DNA of 64,000 nucleotides. Origin: Torpedo marmorata (Eukaryota). The stretch lies in the NCBI GenBank assembly GCA_977017645.1, contig OZ360239.1, positions 72,292,001 through 72,356,000 of the forward strand, written 5' to 3'. A program made the translations under genes and the position numbers. Under the pieces are notes generated by a model. It was given only the letters and a program-made list of their open reading frames with translations, was not told the DNA's origin and did no database searches. Each line of letters begins with the position of its first letter. Within the stretch, counting starts at the first letter, position 1. This document shows, one piece after another, positions 50,684 through 62,642 of the stretch.

Positions 50684-52839
50684 AGGGACAGGTGCAGGAC
50701 CATGGCAGGTTCCAGCAGGTCTTCTGTTACTTTGATCATTCAGGACTCAGTGATGAAACTCACAGTGCTTTAGGGGTGTAGGAGAAACCTAATTTAATAT
50801 TTTATTACTATTTATATTTCTGGGACATTTTCTTCCATTTTCCATGGTTCCTTAAGACATAGAGGCCATTTCAGCTCATCAAGTCCATCTGACTCAGAGA
50901 GTTATTTAATTCCTTGACTAATTTTCCCTTTTATCTTTTCTCCCTAACTTCCCAACATCCTCCAGTTTCTACCACTCACCCACTCATGAGGGGCAATTTA
51001 GAGTGTCTGAATATCCGATTAAAACACGTGTTTGAGATATCGGAGGAAATTAGAGTGCGCAGAGGAAACCCACACAGCCACGGGGAAAACAGGTGAACTC
51101 CACACAGACAGCATTGGAGTTTAGGATTGAAAGTGATTGCTGGGATGGAGGCAGCAGCTCTATGAGTTGCACCAATGTGCAGCCTTCATTCTAAGTAGCA
51201 GTGTAAATCAATATAATCAGACTAAGGAATACAAATTGAGCCCAAACAGAGGATTTGCCACCTCTGCATATTTATCTCATAGCATTAAACAAGTACGTAA
51301 TGAGACACGTTTTTATCTGATTTATACTTGAAACTGTAAATTGATTGAAACAATCATGTATCAGATAGTATGAAAGCACACATTACCAAACAAGTACCAG
51401 AACATTGTGAGGCACATAATTACGCATTAGTGCCAGATGATATCAAAATACACACTATATGTACTGAGAAACATAGTAATGATCCAGTATTAGATGCCAG
51501 TCAGATACAGCAAACCAAACTACTACCAACTTATTCCAAGACATACAGTAACAAACTAGAACCAAATAATACTTAACTCAGTAGCAGACAAGTATCGGTT
51601 AACACTTACAGACAGAACCAGAACAGTACCAAGTAGTACACAGTGACAGATTATTATCAAGTAATACCAAAATGCACAGTACCAGATCAGAGCTCAATAA
51701 TACTGAGACCATAATTAGACCCCTAACAAATATTACTGAGATAAAAAAAACTACACAAGAACCATTAATACTCAGGTGCAGTACTGAACTAGTATCAGGT
51801 AATATAGAGTCAGAGTACCAGATAACAGTGAGACCACAAATTACGTCCAGTACCAGATATCACTGAGATACAATAAAACACAATGTCCAGAAATGCACAG
51901 CACCAGACTCATACCCAATCATATTGAAACAGACGGTAACGGATTAAACCAGGTCTGATAAAGTCATTGACCTGAAACATTAACTTTGCTTCTCTTTCCA
52001 CAGATGCTGTCTACCTATTGAGCATTTTCATCATTCTAATTTTTCACCTTTAGGAATACAAATATATTCAGAATTATTCATTTGATTCATTTGGAAGTAG
52101 CTGAATTCATGAGGACTGACGATGAAGCGATGGAAGAGTTCCGCCAGCCTTTTAATTCCCCTCAACATTCCCACACACACCTGTCTGTCCTCGACAAAAC
52201 GCAAACATGAAGGGCAGCATGTCATGTTTCACCTGGTGGCCAATGTTTGAACATCGAAGTTTCCAATTTCAGGTTATCCCCACCTCGATCTGGTTCCATC
52301 ATTTCCATCTGTCCTTTACCTGTTTTAATTTTCCTTGCCCATACCAGTACTCCCTTTTCACTCAATCCCTTCCCCCAGTGGTTTCCTCCCCTATTTGTCT
52401 CCCTCCTCCACCTCTCCCACCTTCATTTGTCCAATATCCTTTGAACTTGGCCCTTCTCCAATCCATTCTTGCTTGCTATCTCCCCTTCCCATGTGAGTCT
52501 CGATGAAAGGTCCCGACCCAAAACTCTGACTGCCCATTTCTCTACGTGGATGTGCCTGGCCCACTGAGTGTCTCCAGCATCTTTTTATTTGTTTAAGTGT
52601 TCTGGTATCATTCTTGTAATTCTTTTTCACATCTCTATGTTTGAAGATCGGAAATGCATGCAGTGTTCTAAATGTGGCTGTCGTACCTGGAATTTTGCTA
52701 GAAACAGAGATCATACTGTAGTTGGGAACATCAGGCTAAAAGCAATTCCAGAAGTACTGTAGGCAGTTGATGGGCATGAAGACAAGGGGAAGGATTCCCA
52801 TCTATTGATAAACTGTTACAAAGGTTGATTGGCAAGATT

Positions 52840-53104
52840 ACAGATGATTGGTGAGTGGGATAGTGCAGAACTAGCTGTGGGAAGCAGAGACTTGGACAGA
52901 TTTAAGATTATGAATCCATGGACACTTGGTGACTCAGTGACTCTGAAGGGACTTTCTTTTGCTTCTCTTTCTCTGACTGTAAGGGGAGGTGGGCAATTTT
53001 TGCTGATGGTGAATCTTTGTCTGCCGTACGGCAGACTAAATGCAGTTTTGTGTAATATTACATCTGTTTTATTGCATGACAATAAAAGAATCTTGAATCT
53101 TGAA
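52840..53104 (+). mobile_element. Non-autonomous retroposon, same family as 10055-10863
   Basis: Shares gaatcca.ggacac...cagtgactctgaa.ggact, the hairpin GTCTGCC-GTAC-GGCAGAC, CATGACAATAAA and a (GAATCTT)n tail. Confidence 0.65.
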
Positions 53105-54501
53105 AGGTAAGCATTGGAAAGCTGCAAAAAAAAATGGACCAGTGAAACTACGGCTACAGATAAAGAAGGCTTGAATGATTGCACTTCCAATAGAACAACA
53201 TTATCTCAGTGTTTCAAAGGGCCATCAGTCTACATTATGCATTCGGACTTTTGGAATGGACTTGAACCCACCAACCTTCTAGTTAGAATATGGTTAAAAT
53301 GGTTTCTTTCCATGGTATAAGTTCCTAAGCTTGACAAGGATGGGCAGACAGTTTTGACTGCCTGTGCCACTTACCAAGTTTAGTACTTTTGCAGCCCTTT
53401 ATACTCAGCCGTCTTGTTGTGTAGATGTTCTTTTCAACGTTTTTGACATATTTCAACTCATATGAAATTGTCCCAACATTTCACATACTCAGCAGGCTGC
53501 TGCCATTCAATCTAAAGAAGGGCAAGGACATTTTCAGAAAAATCTAGAATGTAACAAAACAGTACATAGCTCTACTTACATCTACACAAAGAAAACTTTC
53601 ATAAAGAACTATAAGTAATTACAGTAACACAATGCGATGCTTGCTAATTTTTGCCAATGAAAGAAAATTAGTTCGCAGTTTATTGAAGATCTCATTGGAA
53701 ATGTTTCAGGAAAATCCTGACATTCTCTAAACGTGACTTCTCTGAAATGTAAGTCATGCACATTTGAATAGAGATGAATAATGTTACTATTATCCTATGA
53801 ACTGTTAACAGCTGTAAGGACTATTATAGAGTGCTTCAAAAAACATCTCCAGTCAACACTCTGCAAACACACTCTGTAGTGACCAAGATTCTGAAATCCC
53901 GCCAAATTCCAAAGCAAATAGAATGTTTGAGATTTTTGTTTATTCTATAACAAAATAGTCTTTCACAATATTATATTAGTCATTCAGGCTTCTGAAATAG
54001 CAACTTTTGCTGAAGTAAACTTGTCAGCTAAATTGCATTTGAGACAATGGTCCAGCAGTAAACCCCTTGAGGGCCCGATAACCTGTGCGATATAAACAAA
54101 GGCACACAGAAGCAAGCGTGGGCTACATGCACGCGCCCTACCAGCCCCCTTCAACATCCAATAAGATAACAGTTTATCCTATACCTCATCTCAACTTTGT
54201 CAACTGATCCCCATAGCCTTTTATTCCTTTGCACCCCAAAATCTATCAATCCTTGCTTTGAACATTCTCAATGCTCACAGACACTGGGGAGGTGAATTGC
54301 AGTTTTATAAACATCTGAGTGGAAAAGAAAATCTTCTTGGACAAATAGGCATTAATCCTAGGCTCTGCCTGTCCCTTTCACTCATTGGTGCAGAAGAGGA
54401 AGCAGTCTGTTGCTCGTCTCCCTCACTCTTTCTCATAGCTTCTTTCACGCTGCTCACTCTTTCACTTCACTGCTCTCTCACTCTTTTGTTGCCTACCTTA
54501 G

Positions 54502-54749
54502 TGTGGTAAACCACTTTATATGTATTGTGGCCTGAGGCAGGTATGACCATGACCTGTCTGTCTGTCCCGGTGACCCCTCCCCTTTTACCTGGAATAAAGG
54601 CCTTGAGCCAGCAACTCCTCCCCCAGTTCCGGGACAATCCAGCAGGGATCATCAGGTCAAGTCATAGCTAGCCCTGGCTTGATTCTGCTAATAAAAGCCT
54701 GTTAATTCCTGCACTTCTAGACTCGTGTCGGTTATTGATAGGTACGTCA
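54502..54749 (+). mobile_element. Gypsy 5' LTR
   Basis: TG...CA termini, an AATAAA, homology to the solo LTR at 47373-47637, and position directly upstream of gag. Confidence 0.85.
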
Positions 54750-54781
54750 ATTTTATTAGCAGTTTCAACGAAATACGATCA

Positions 54782-57118
54782 ATGGAAAATTTGTTGAAGC
54801 CAGACAAGCTGGACATCGACCCCCTGGCCCAAGACACTGCCAGCGATTTTGAACTTTGGCAACGCTGCTTCTTAGCCTACATGAGATCGTCTGGAGCAGC
54901 TACTGACGAGCAGAAACTCGATATCCTCATGTCTAGGGTAAGCAAGCGAGTGTATGGCGCCGTCAGAGACTGTAAGACTTTCGATGATGCTTTGGTCGCC
55001 CTCCAAACGCTGTACCTGACGCCTGCGAACGAGATTTTTGCAAGGCACCGGATATCGCAGCGGTACCAGCGACCCGGAGAGTCGGTCTCCGAGTATATCC
55101 AAGATGTGATGTTAATGGTGCGAGCGTGTGCATGTCGAGCCCTGACGGCTGAGCAACACTCCGAGATGCTGGCAAGGGACACTATTATAAAAGGGATCAG
55201 GTCAGGCTACATCCGCCAGCGATTGCTGGAACACGCTGACCTGACCCTGAAATCGACTGTCCAGAACATCCTGAATCTGGACTCAGCCCTGAAGAACGCT
55301 GACGCTATGCAGGCACAGCCTGCTTCGTGGATCGCCCCAGCCGTCAGCCCTACAAGCAACGCGACCGCCGCTGCCGTCTACCGGGACCCGCTTGCCGCCG
55401 CCGACGCTATCCGTGAGTTGGCCGCTGCCGCCGCTGCCCGAGAGCCCGCCGCTACCTGTGAGTTAACCGCCGCCGCTATCACCCGGGAGCCCGAGAAGTG
55501 CTACTTCTGCGGGCTCGACAAGCACCCGCGCAAGCGCTGCCCGGCCCGAGACGCGACTTGTTCTAGCTGTGGCAAGAAAGGCCACTACGCTAAGGTCTGC
55601 CGCTCCAAGTCGCGCACGGGTCCGAGCAGCGCCGCGTGCGAGGTACGGGAGCGGCCATCTTCCTCGACTCCACTTCCGGCGGAGACCTCGTGCGAGGTCT
55701 GGAGGCGGCCATCACAGCGCACCGCACTTCCGGTTTCCAGCGGCGCCACGTGCGACGGGAGGGGGCGGCCATCTTACATGACGTCACTTCCTGCGGGGAC
55801 CTCGTGCGAGGACTGGAGGCGGCCATTTCCGATCTCTACATTTCCGGCGCGGCCATTTTGTAATCTCACCGCAGCACTTCCAGCACTTCCAGCTCCACCC
55901 TCCCGTAGCGACACGTATGAGCTACGGGAACTGCCACCGGATCAAGACGTCTCGTCGGATCAAGACTCCGTCTCGACCCTCTCGTCGGATCAAGACTCCG
56001 TTTCGACCCTGGCATCCGTGACGCTGGACCAGAGCGCGCCCCATCAACTGTCCAGGTCGATGATGGACATTATCGTTGAGGGGCATAAGACCACCTGCCT
56101 GTTCGACACAGGCAGTACTGAAAGTTTTATTCATCCGGACACTGCCCAGCGCTGTGGCCTCACCGTTGTACCGGTAAGCCAGAGGGTGGCCATGGCGTCT
56201 GGAACGCACACAACAGACATCCGGGGGGGTTGTGTGGCGAATATAGTGGTACAGGGCACGGAATACCGAGAATTTTCACTGTTAATCATGCCTCGTTTGT
56301 GTGCTCCTGTACTGCTGGGGTTGGACTTCCAAAGCCACCTGCGTAGCGTCACCATGCACTATGACGGGCCCCACCCCCCGATCGTAGTGACTAACCCCCA
56401 ATATTTAACTAACACGCCCCAGACTACCTGTGGTCTCTCCACGCTAAAGACCCAACCCCCGCCACTCTTCGCCAACCTGACCCCTGACTGTAAGCCCATC
56501 GCAACTAAAAGCAGGCGATACAGTACAGGGGACAGGGCATTTATTAAGGCGGAGGTGCAGCGTTTACTGGGGGAAGGGATCATTGCACCCAGTAATAGCC
56601 CCTGGAGAGCTCAGGTAGTGGTGGTGAAGAACGGGGCTAAGAGTCGGATGGTGGTGGACTATAGTCAGACCATCAACCGGTTCACACAACTGGACGCCTA
56701 TCCGCTGCCAAAGATCGCGGATATGGTCAACCAGATTGCCCAATTTAAAGTGTTCTCCACCATCGACCTTAAGTCGGCTTACCATCAGCTCCCGATCCGC
56801 CGGGAGGACCGAGTATACACCGCTTTCGAGGCGGACGGCAGATTATTCCATTTTCTGCGCGTCCCCTTCGGGGTAACAAATGGGGTATCCGTGTTCCAAA
56901 GGGAGATGGACAGGATCATTGACCAGTTCAAGCTCACTGCCACCTTCCCGTACCTGGACGACATCACCATCTGTGGTCATGACCGCCAGGATCACGATAG
57001 GAACCTTCGGAAGTTCTTACAGGCGGCCGAGACGCTGAACCTCACATATAATAAGGAGAAATGCGTGTTTGGGACTACCCGACTCGCTATCCTGGGGTGC
57101 GTCGTGGCATCTTTCTAA
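54782..57118 (+). CDS. Ty3/Gypsy (Mag-like) gag-pol polyprotein, truncated inside RT
   Basis: Zinc knuckles CYFC..H..C and CSSCGKKGHYAKVC, protease LFDTGS, and RT motifs IDLKSAYHQ, PFG, YLDD. No RNase H, integrase or 3' LTR. Confidence 0.9.
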   Translation: MENLLKPDKLDIDPLAQDTASDFELWQRCFLAYMRSSGAATDEQKLDILMSRVSKRVYGAVRDCKTFDDALVALQTLYLTPANEIFARHRISQRYQRPGESVSEYIQDVMLMVRACACRALTAEQHSEMLARDTIIKGIRSGYIRQRLLEHADLTLKSTVQNILNLDSALKNADAMQAQPASWIAPAVSPTSNATAAAVYRDPLAAADAIRELAAAAAAREPAATCELTAAAITREPEKCYFCGLDKHPRKRCPARDATCSSCGKKGHYAKVCRSKSRTGPSSAACEVRERPSSSTPLPAETSCEVWRRPSQRTALPVSSGATCDGRGRPSYMTSLPAGTSCEDWRRPFPISTFPARPFCNLTAALPALPAPPSRSDTYELRELPPDQDVSSDQDSVSTLSSDQDSVSTLASVTLDQSAPHQLSRSMMDIIVEGHKTTCLFDTGSTESFIHPDTAQRCGLTVVPVSQRVAMASGTHTTDIRGGCVANIVVQGTEYREFSLLIMPRLCAPVLLGLDFQSHLRSVTMHYDGPHPPIVVTNPQYLTNTPQTTCGLSTLKTQPPPLFANLTPDCKPIATKSRRYSTGDRAFIKAEVQRLLGEGIIAPSNSPWRAQVVVVKNGAKSRMVVDYSQTINRFTQLDAYPLPKIADMVNQIAQFKVFSTIDLKSAYHQLPIRREDRVYTAFEADGRLFHFLRVPFGVTNGVSVFQREMDRIIDQFKLTATFPYLDDITICGHDRQDHDRNLRKFLQAAETLNLTYNKEKCVFGTTRLAILGCVVASF

Positions 57119-57260
57119 TCCTAAATCTAAATCAGATTTCCAAGTAATAGCAATGCATTTTTTTGAAACAGCTAAAGCAATTCGTAAAAATTCTACTTGA
57201 TACATATTTAATTTCTTCTTAATGCTAAACTTTCTAATATCTCCAAACAAAAATAACCAA
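57108..57260 (-). mobile_element. L1-clade ORF2 C-terminal fragment abutting the Gypsy breakpoint
   Basis: LAVSKKCIAITWKS, homologous to 24504-24600. Confidence 0.65.
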
Positions 57261-57588
57261 CAAATATTTTAAATATCTTCCGCTTTGGTCCTATTGACAA
57301 AAAACACCACAAGTGCAACCAGCTAATTGCTGCCCAATCATTCTACTTTCACTTCATCGCCAGTGCTGTCCAGTTTGCATCTTGCCACGACCACTTTATT
57401 TCCTTCTCTGTGCATTTTAACTCATGCTGAAGTTGAATTTATAGAAGCAAGCCCAAAAACCCAAGGTAATGGTTGAAAGACATAATGATTAAATCTTGCA
57501 GGAGAGGAGGAAGAAGAATGCCCACAGCTGCTGGCAGAAGGGAAGGGGAGTTACTTAATATCTGAAGGCAGACTGACTTTGGATAAGA

Positions 57589-57830
57589 GGCAACATGGTT
57601 AGCGTAGCGGTTAGCACAACACTATTGCAGCACCAGCGACCTGGTTTTGAATTCAGTGCTGCCTGTAAGGAGTTTGTACGTTCTCCCCATATCCGCGTGG
57701 GTTTCCACCGGGTGCTCTGGTTTCCTCCCACGTTCCAAAGGGGTTAGAAGGTTAATTGACCACATGGGTGTATTTGGGCAGCATAGGCTCGTGGACCGGA
57801 AGGGCCTGTTGCTGTGCTCTATCTCTATAT
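57589..57830 (+). mobile_element. V-SINE (HE1-like)
   Basis: Homologous to 46993-47240. Confidence 0.85.
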
Positions 57831-58799
57831 TAAATTAAAAATTAAATTTAAAAAATCACTGTATCTGTTAAAACTACAAAGTCTTGCAAGCAGGAACTCA
57901 GCTTACAATCTGTATCATTTTAAATTATACTAAAATAAATGGTATACTATAATTAGGCACCATACAATAAAGAACAGAAAAAGACACTATTGTGTTGTGA
58001 ATAAACTGAGTGAGAGAAAGTGTTTGGAGACAATTATTGAAAAAGGTTTCAGTGCATGCATGTTGACACCTGGGGAATAGGAACTTTGTTATGATGATAT
58101 CATTTACACCATTTGAGTAGGTATCGTGATGACGACATGAAATATATCGTGACAGCTTTAAATATAACCTTGCAATTTTAGAATTTTAATAGGAATTAAC
58201 ATATTACCACAAAAATACAACAATGGGTTTAAACATCCAGACACATTCCTAAATCTCATGTCATGGATATATTTTAGGGAAAGACCTTCAATCCTTTCTT
58301 AAATTCACGAATGTCAGAGAAGTGAATTTGAGAGAAGTGAAGGGTCAGTACAGGTGTTCTTTTGTTCTCTGACACAGGGTGAGAAAAAAAGATCCACTTT
58401 CAATGTGGACAAAAGTATTATGATATCACCAGGGTCTCCCTTTCTTCTATTGATGGCATCTAACAGGAGCGTTGCTTAAATGGGGCTCAAAGAATTATAG
58501 ACGACCCTTTACATCCAGCACACAGTATCTTTGACCAGCTACCATCAAGAAGGAGGTACAGGACCATCAAAATCAGAATTGCCAGGCTGGGAAATAGCTT
58601 CTTCCCACAGGCTGTGAGATTGATGAACAGTATCCTGTAACTGAGTAAATCATCCTAAAATTTTTATATATATTTATTTTAAATTATATCTTTATGTATA
58701 TATGTGATTATTATGTACTGTACAGTATATTGTGTGTGTATATGTGTGCACCGTGGTCCGGAGAAACGCTGTTTACATTTTTGGGACAGGGATAGCAAT

Positions 58800-59345
58800 C
58801 TTTCTTACCCATATCGAAAGGATGCGTTGACATTAGAGAGGGTTCAGAGGAATTTGACAAGGATGATTCCGGGAATGAAAGGGTGATATGATAATAAGAG
58901 GAACATTTGATGACTCTTGGCCTGTACTCGTTGGAATTTAGGAGAATGAGGGGGCATCTCTGAAACATTTCAAACATTCAAAGGTCTGGACAGAGTAGAT
59001 GTAGAAATGTTGTTTCCCATGGTGGGAGAGTCTAGGACAAGAGGGCACACCTTCAGGATTGAAGGGCGCCCACAGAACAGAGATGCAGAGAAATTTCCCT
59101 AGCCATAATTTTGTGGAATTCTACACCATTCTGTGGAATTTGTTGCCACAGGCAGTTTTGGAGGCTATGTCACTGGGAGTATTTAAGGCAGAGATTGATA
59201 GGTTCTTGATTAGCCAGGACATCAAAGGTTATGGGGAGAAGGCCGGGAAGTGGGGCTGAGTGGTAAATTGGATCAGCTCATGATTAAATGGTGGAGCAGA
59301 CTCAATGGGCTGAATAGGGTATTTCTGCTCCTATGTCTTATGGTC
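58800..59345 (+). mobile_element. CR1 LINE 3' end
   Basis: LERVQRNLTRMIPGMKG and TRGH motifs, then a 3' UTR. Confidence 0.8.
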
Positions 59346-61089
59346 TTGGTGGTTCAGCAACTGAAATATTGTGTAGAGTTATGATCTTACCTTAGAAAGG
59401 ATGTATTTGCCTTGGAGGGAGGGCAGAGAATATTCACTAGCATGGTTCCAGGGATGGTGGCTTTGGTGTTCGAGGAGGGATTAAGTAGACTGGAACTGTA
59501 TTCTCTAGAATTTAGAAGAATGAGAGGCAATATTATCAAAATGTACAATATTCTTACAGCACTTGACAGGCTAGATACAGGGAAGAAGTCTCCTTTGGCT
59601 GAAGAGTCTAAGACCAGCATGCGGTTTCAGAGGACTGAGCAGTTTAGGACTCCACTCAGATGGTGTGAACCTTTATAAGGCTCTCTCCTAGAGGGCTGTG
59701 GAGGCATAGTCAATGTGTTCATTCAAAAAGAGATCAATAGATTTTTGTACTTATGGGGGAGTACGGGAGTATTTTGTATTTATGAAGGAGTGTTGCACAC
59801 CCAGGGCCTTCACCTTTCATGTAAACAGGCCTCCCGTCCAAATTGTCCACACTGATCAAGATGCCTACTCGTCCCATTTGCCTGCAATTGTCCCACATCT
59901 CCCTAACGTTTAGAGTCTAAACCTTTTCTATCCATGTACCTGTCCAAATATATTATGAATGTTGTAATACTACCTGCCTCCACTGGCATCTTGTTTTTAT
60001 ACCCACCAGGTTGAGGTCTCAGCCTCGTCTTGATGAGACACTAAGCTGAATCCCCATCTGGTCCTATAGAAAGACATAAAAGAAACCAAGGAATATAGAA
60101 ATTCTACCTTATACGCAGCCGATAATTATCCTAATATTTAACAAAAAAAATCATCTGCTTTTCTTCAACAGGTCTCTTCAACTCAGTTAACAAAAATAAT
60201 TCCATTCGGCATTGTGTATACTCATACGATACTCATTTAAAGGCCAGGATCGCACATAAAGAAAATCTTGTTGGTGCAGTTCCTGTTGTATTGAAAAGTA
60301 CTGCATTTTTATGCAATATCCATGCTCAAAGTATTATTCATGAGTTCTTTTGAACAATAACAAATTGTACATACAGCATTTAAATCTGCTGAACTTCTGT
60401 TTCTGTTCTACATACCAATAAAACATGAACGTGAAGTTATTGCAAATTCAATTAGACTGAGCTTAGGAAATAATGGGGGGAAAAGACCTCGTAAAATATA
60501 ACTGATGCAGAAAATGTTCAGAAGCAAACACCTTTTTTTCAAAATCTGCATGAGAAATAAATCATAGCAGCACACAAGCATGCAGAAATCCAGATGTGAG
60601 GTGACTGTCCTCGATAGAAAAGCAATATTTAATCAAATGTGCTACTGAGGAATTCTGACAAAACAGAAGTCGATGGGCATCAAGGGGAAAACGTTCCAAT
60701 AGTTGGAGCCATCCCTTGACAAAGAAGGTTCATCACACTTTGGTATTCTTCTCTTGTTTTAATTTGTGTCCCTAGTTTCAATCCTGCAGTGTAAAATCAC
60801 GTTCTGGGTTAATTCAGACAAGTGTGAAGTGATGCATTTTGGGAAGTTAAAACAGGGCAGGCCTTGAACAGTACATGATAGGACTGTGGGGAGTGCAGTA
60901 GAACAGAGGGAGCTAATTCCCTGAAAGAGGCAACACATTACAACTGTACAAGATGTAGGTGAGACCACGTGTATGCAATTCTGGTCACCCAGCTTTAGGA
61001 AGGATGCCATGAAGCTGGAAACTGTGCAGAAAAGATTGGCAAGAATGTTACTGGGACAGGAGGCCTGAGTTAAGAGGAGAGATAACACT

Positions 61090-61330
61090 GCGGCACGGTT
61101 AGCGTAGCGGTTAGCACAATACTGTTACAGCACCAGTGATCGGGGTTCGAATCCGGCGCAGTCTGTAAGGAGTTTGTACGTTCTCCATGTCTGTGTGGGT
61201 TTCCTCCGGGTGCTCCGGTTTCCTCCCACTGTTCCAAACGTAGGGGGTGTAGGTCAATTGGGTGTAATTGGGCAGCACAGGCTCGTGGGCCAGAAGGGAC
61301 TGTTACCGTGTTGTATGTCTAAATTAAATT
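61090..61330 (+). mobile_element. V-SINE (HE1-like)
   Basis: GGTTCGAATCC B box and a V-domain. Confidence 0.85.
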
Positions 61331-61994
61331 AAATGAAACACTATATTCTGCGTGCCACGTGGTTGTTTGCTTATGAAGGGTTTTTGGCCTGAAATAATGA
61401 CCAGCTATTGCTTTCCATGAATGCTGCCTGACCAATTGAGTTCCTCCAGCACTTGTATGTTGCGCAACCTCGTGTTTATGTATGGGTTGATTTGTTTGGA
61501 TAGCATGCAAAACAAAGTTTTTCCACCGTATCTCAATACATGTAACAATAATAAACAATTCAAAATAGGCTGGGGTATTCTTCCCTGGGTCATAGGAGAC
61601 TGAGTGGTGACCTTATAGAGATTTATAAAATCATGAAGAGCAAAGATGAGGTGATTGTCAGTCTTGTTTCCAGGGTGGAGAAGTCTAAAACTAGAGTGCT
61701 TAAGTTTAAGGTAAAAGATCTAAAAGGGACTGGACATAAGTTTTCGCACACAGAGGGAGGTGGGTATGAGGAACCACCTGCTGAATGAAGTGGTAGGGGC
61801 AGGTACAATTACAATGTTTAAAAGACGTTTATACAGGTTCATGGATGGAAAAAAAATTAGAGGGATCGGGGCCAGATGCAGACAAATGGGACCAGCTCAG
61901 GTCAGCATGGATGAGATGGCTGAAGGGCCTGTTTCCATGCTGTATATCTCTAGGCCTTGAATTTTCTTTAACCTCAACAATCCTCTGCTGTGTA

Positions 61995-62598
61995 TGTGAA
62001 ACCGATTCGATGGGTCCCAAGGGTAACGAGTGTGAATGCTGCTGATTGAACAGTAGTGTTTTATTTATACGTGTAGGCGAGTCGCAACAGGGGTAAAAGA
62101 CACACACATACACACACTCGCCGGATTAAACGATACACTCGCAACCACTCGCGGGTAGAAGGCTTTACAATCAAGTTACAACACATGATACCCACCACCC
62201 CTTGTTATCCCTGGCTCTTATCTAACTAATCTAGGGACACGAGGCACACAATACTACAGCTCCCAACCCTTTGTCTGCGCACACCCTACTAATGATCCTC
62301 CAGCGTCGCCATGGTTCCCAACCTGGAGTGGAGCTCGGGTTCATCTCAGAAGAGAAAGAGAGCGATGGCTCACATGTAGTGGGCTTTATAGTGTCATCAG
62401 CTGGAGACTCTGGCCCAGGTATCAAAGGGACCAGTGACCAGGTGTGCGCTGACCTGTGGGCAAGACTTGACCTTGATTGGTTGGTGAGGTGACTTCCGAT
62501 CAGGTTCCAGGTGGCGAGGTCACATGCCCCTCCGCGATCCACATTCCCACCAGATTCCAGACAGAGGGGTCACATGACCCTCTATAATCCTTACTACA
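61995..62598 (-). mobile_element. Endogenous retrovirus 3' LTR
   Basis: Polypurine tract GAGGGGTGGAA, then TGTAG...TTTCACA. TATAAA at about 62385 and AATAAA at about 62062 on the minus strand. Confidence 0.8.
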
Positions 62599-62642
62599 TT
62601 CCACCCCTCGAAAGTCACGACACTTGCAAATCATTACATACA

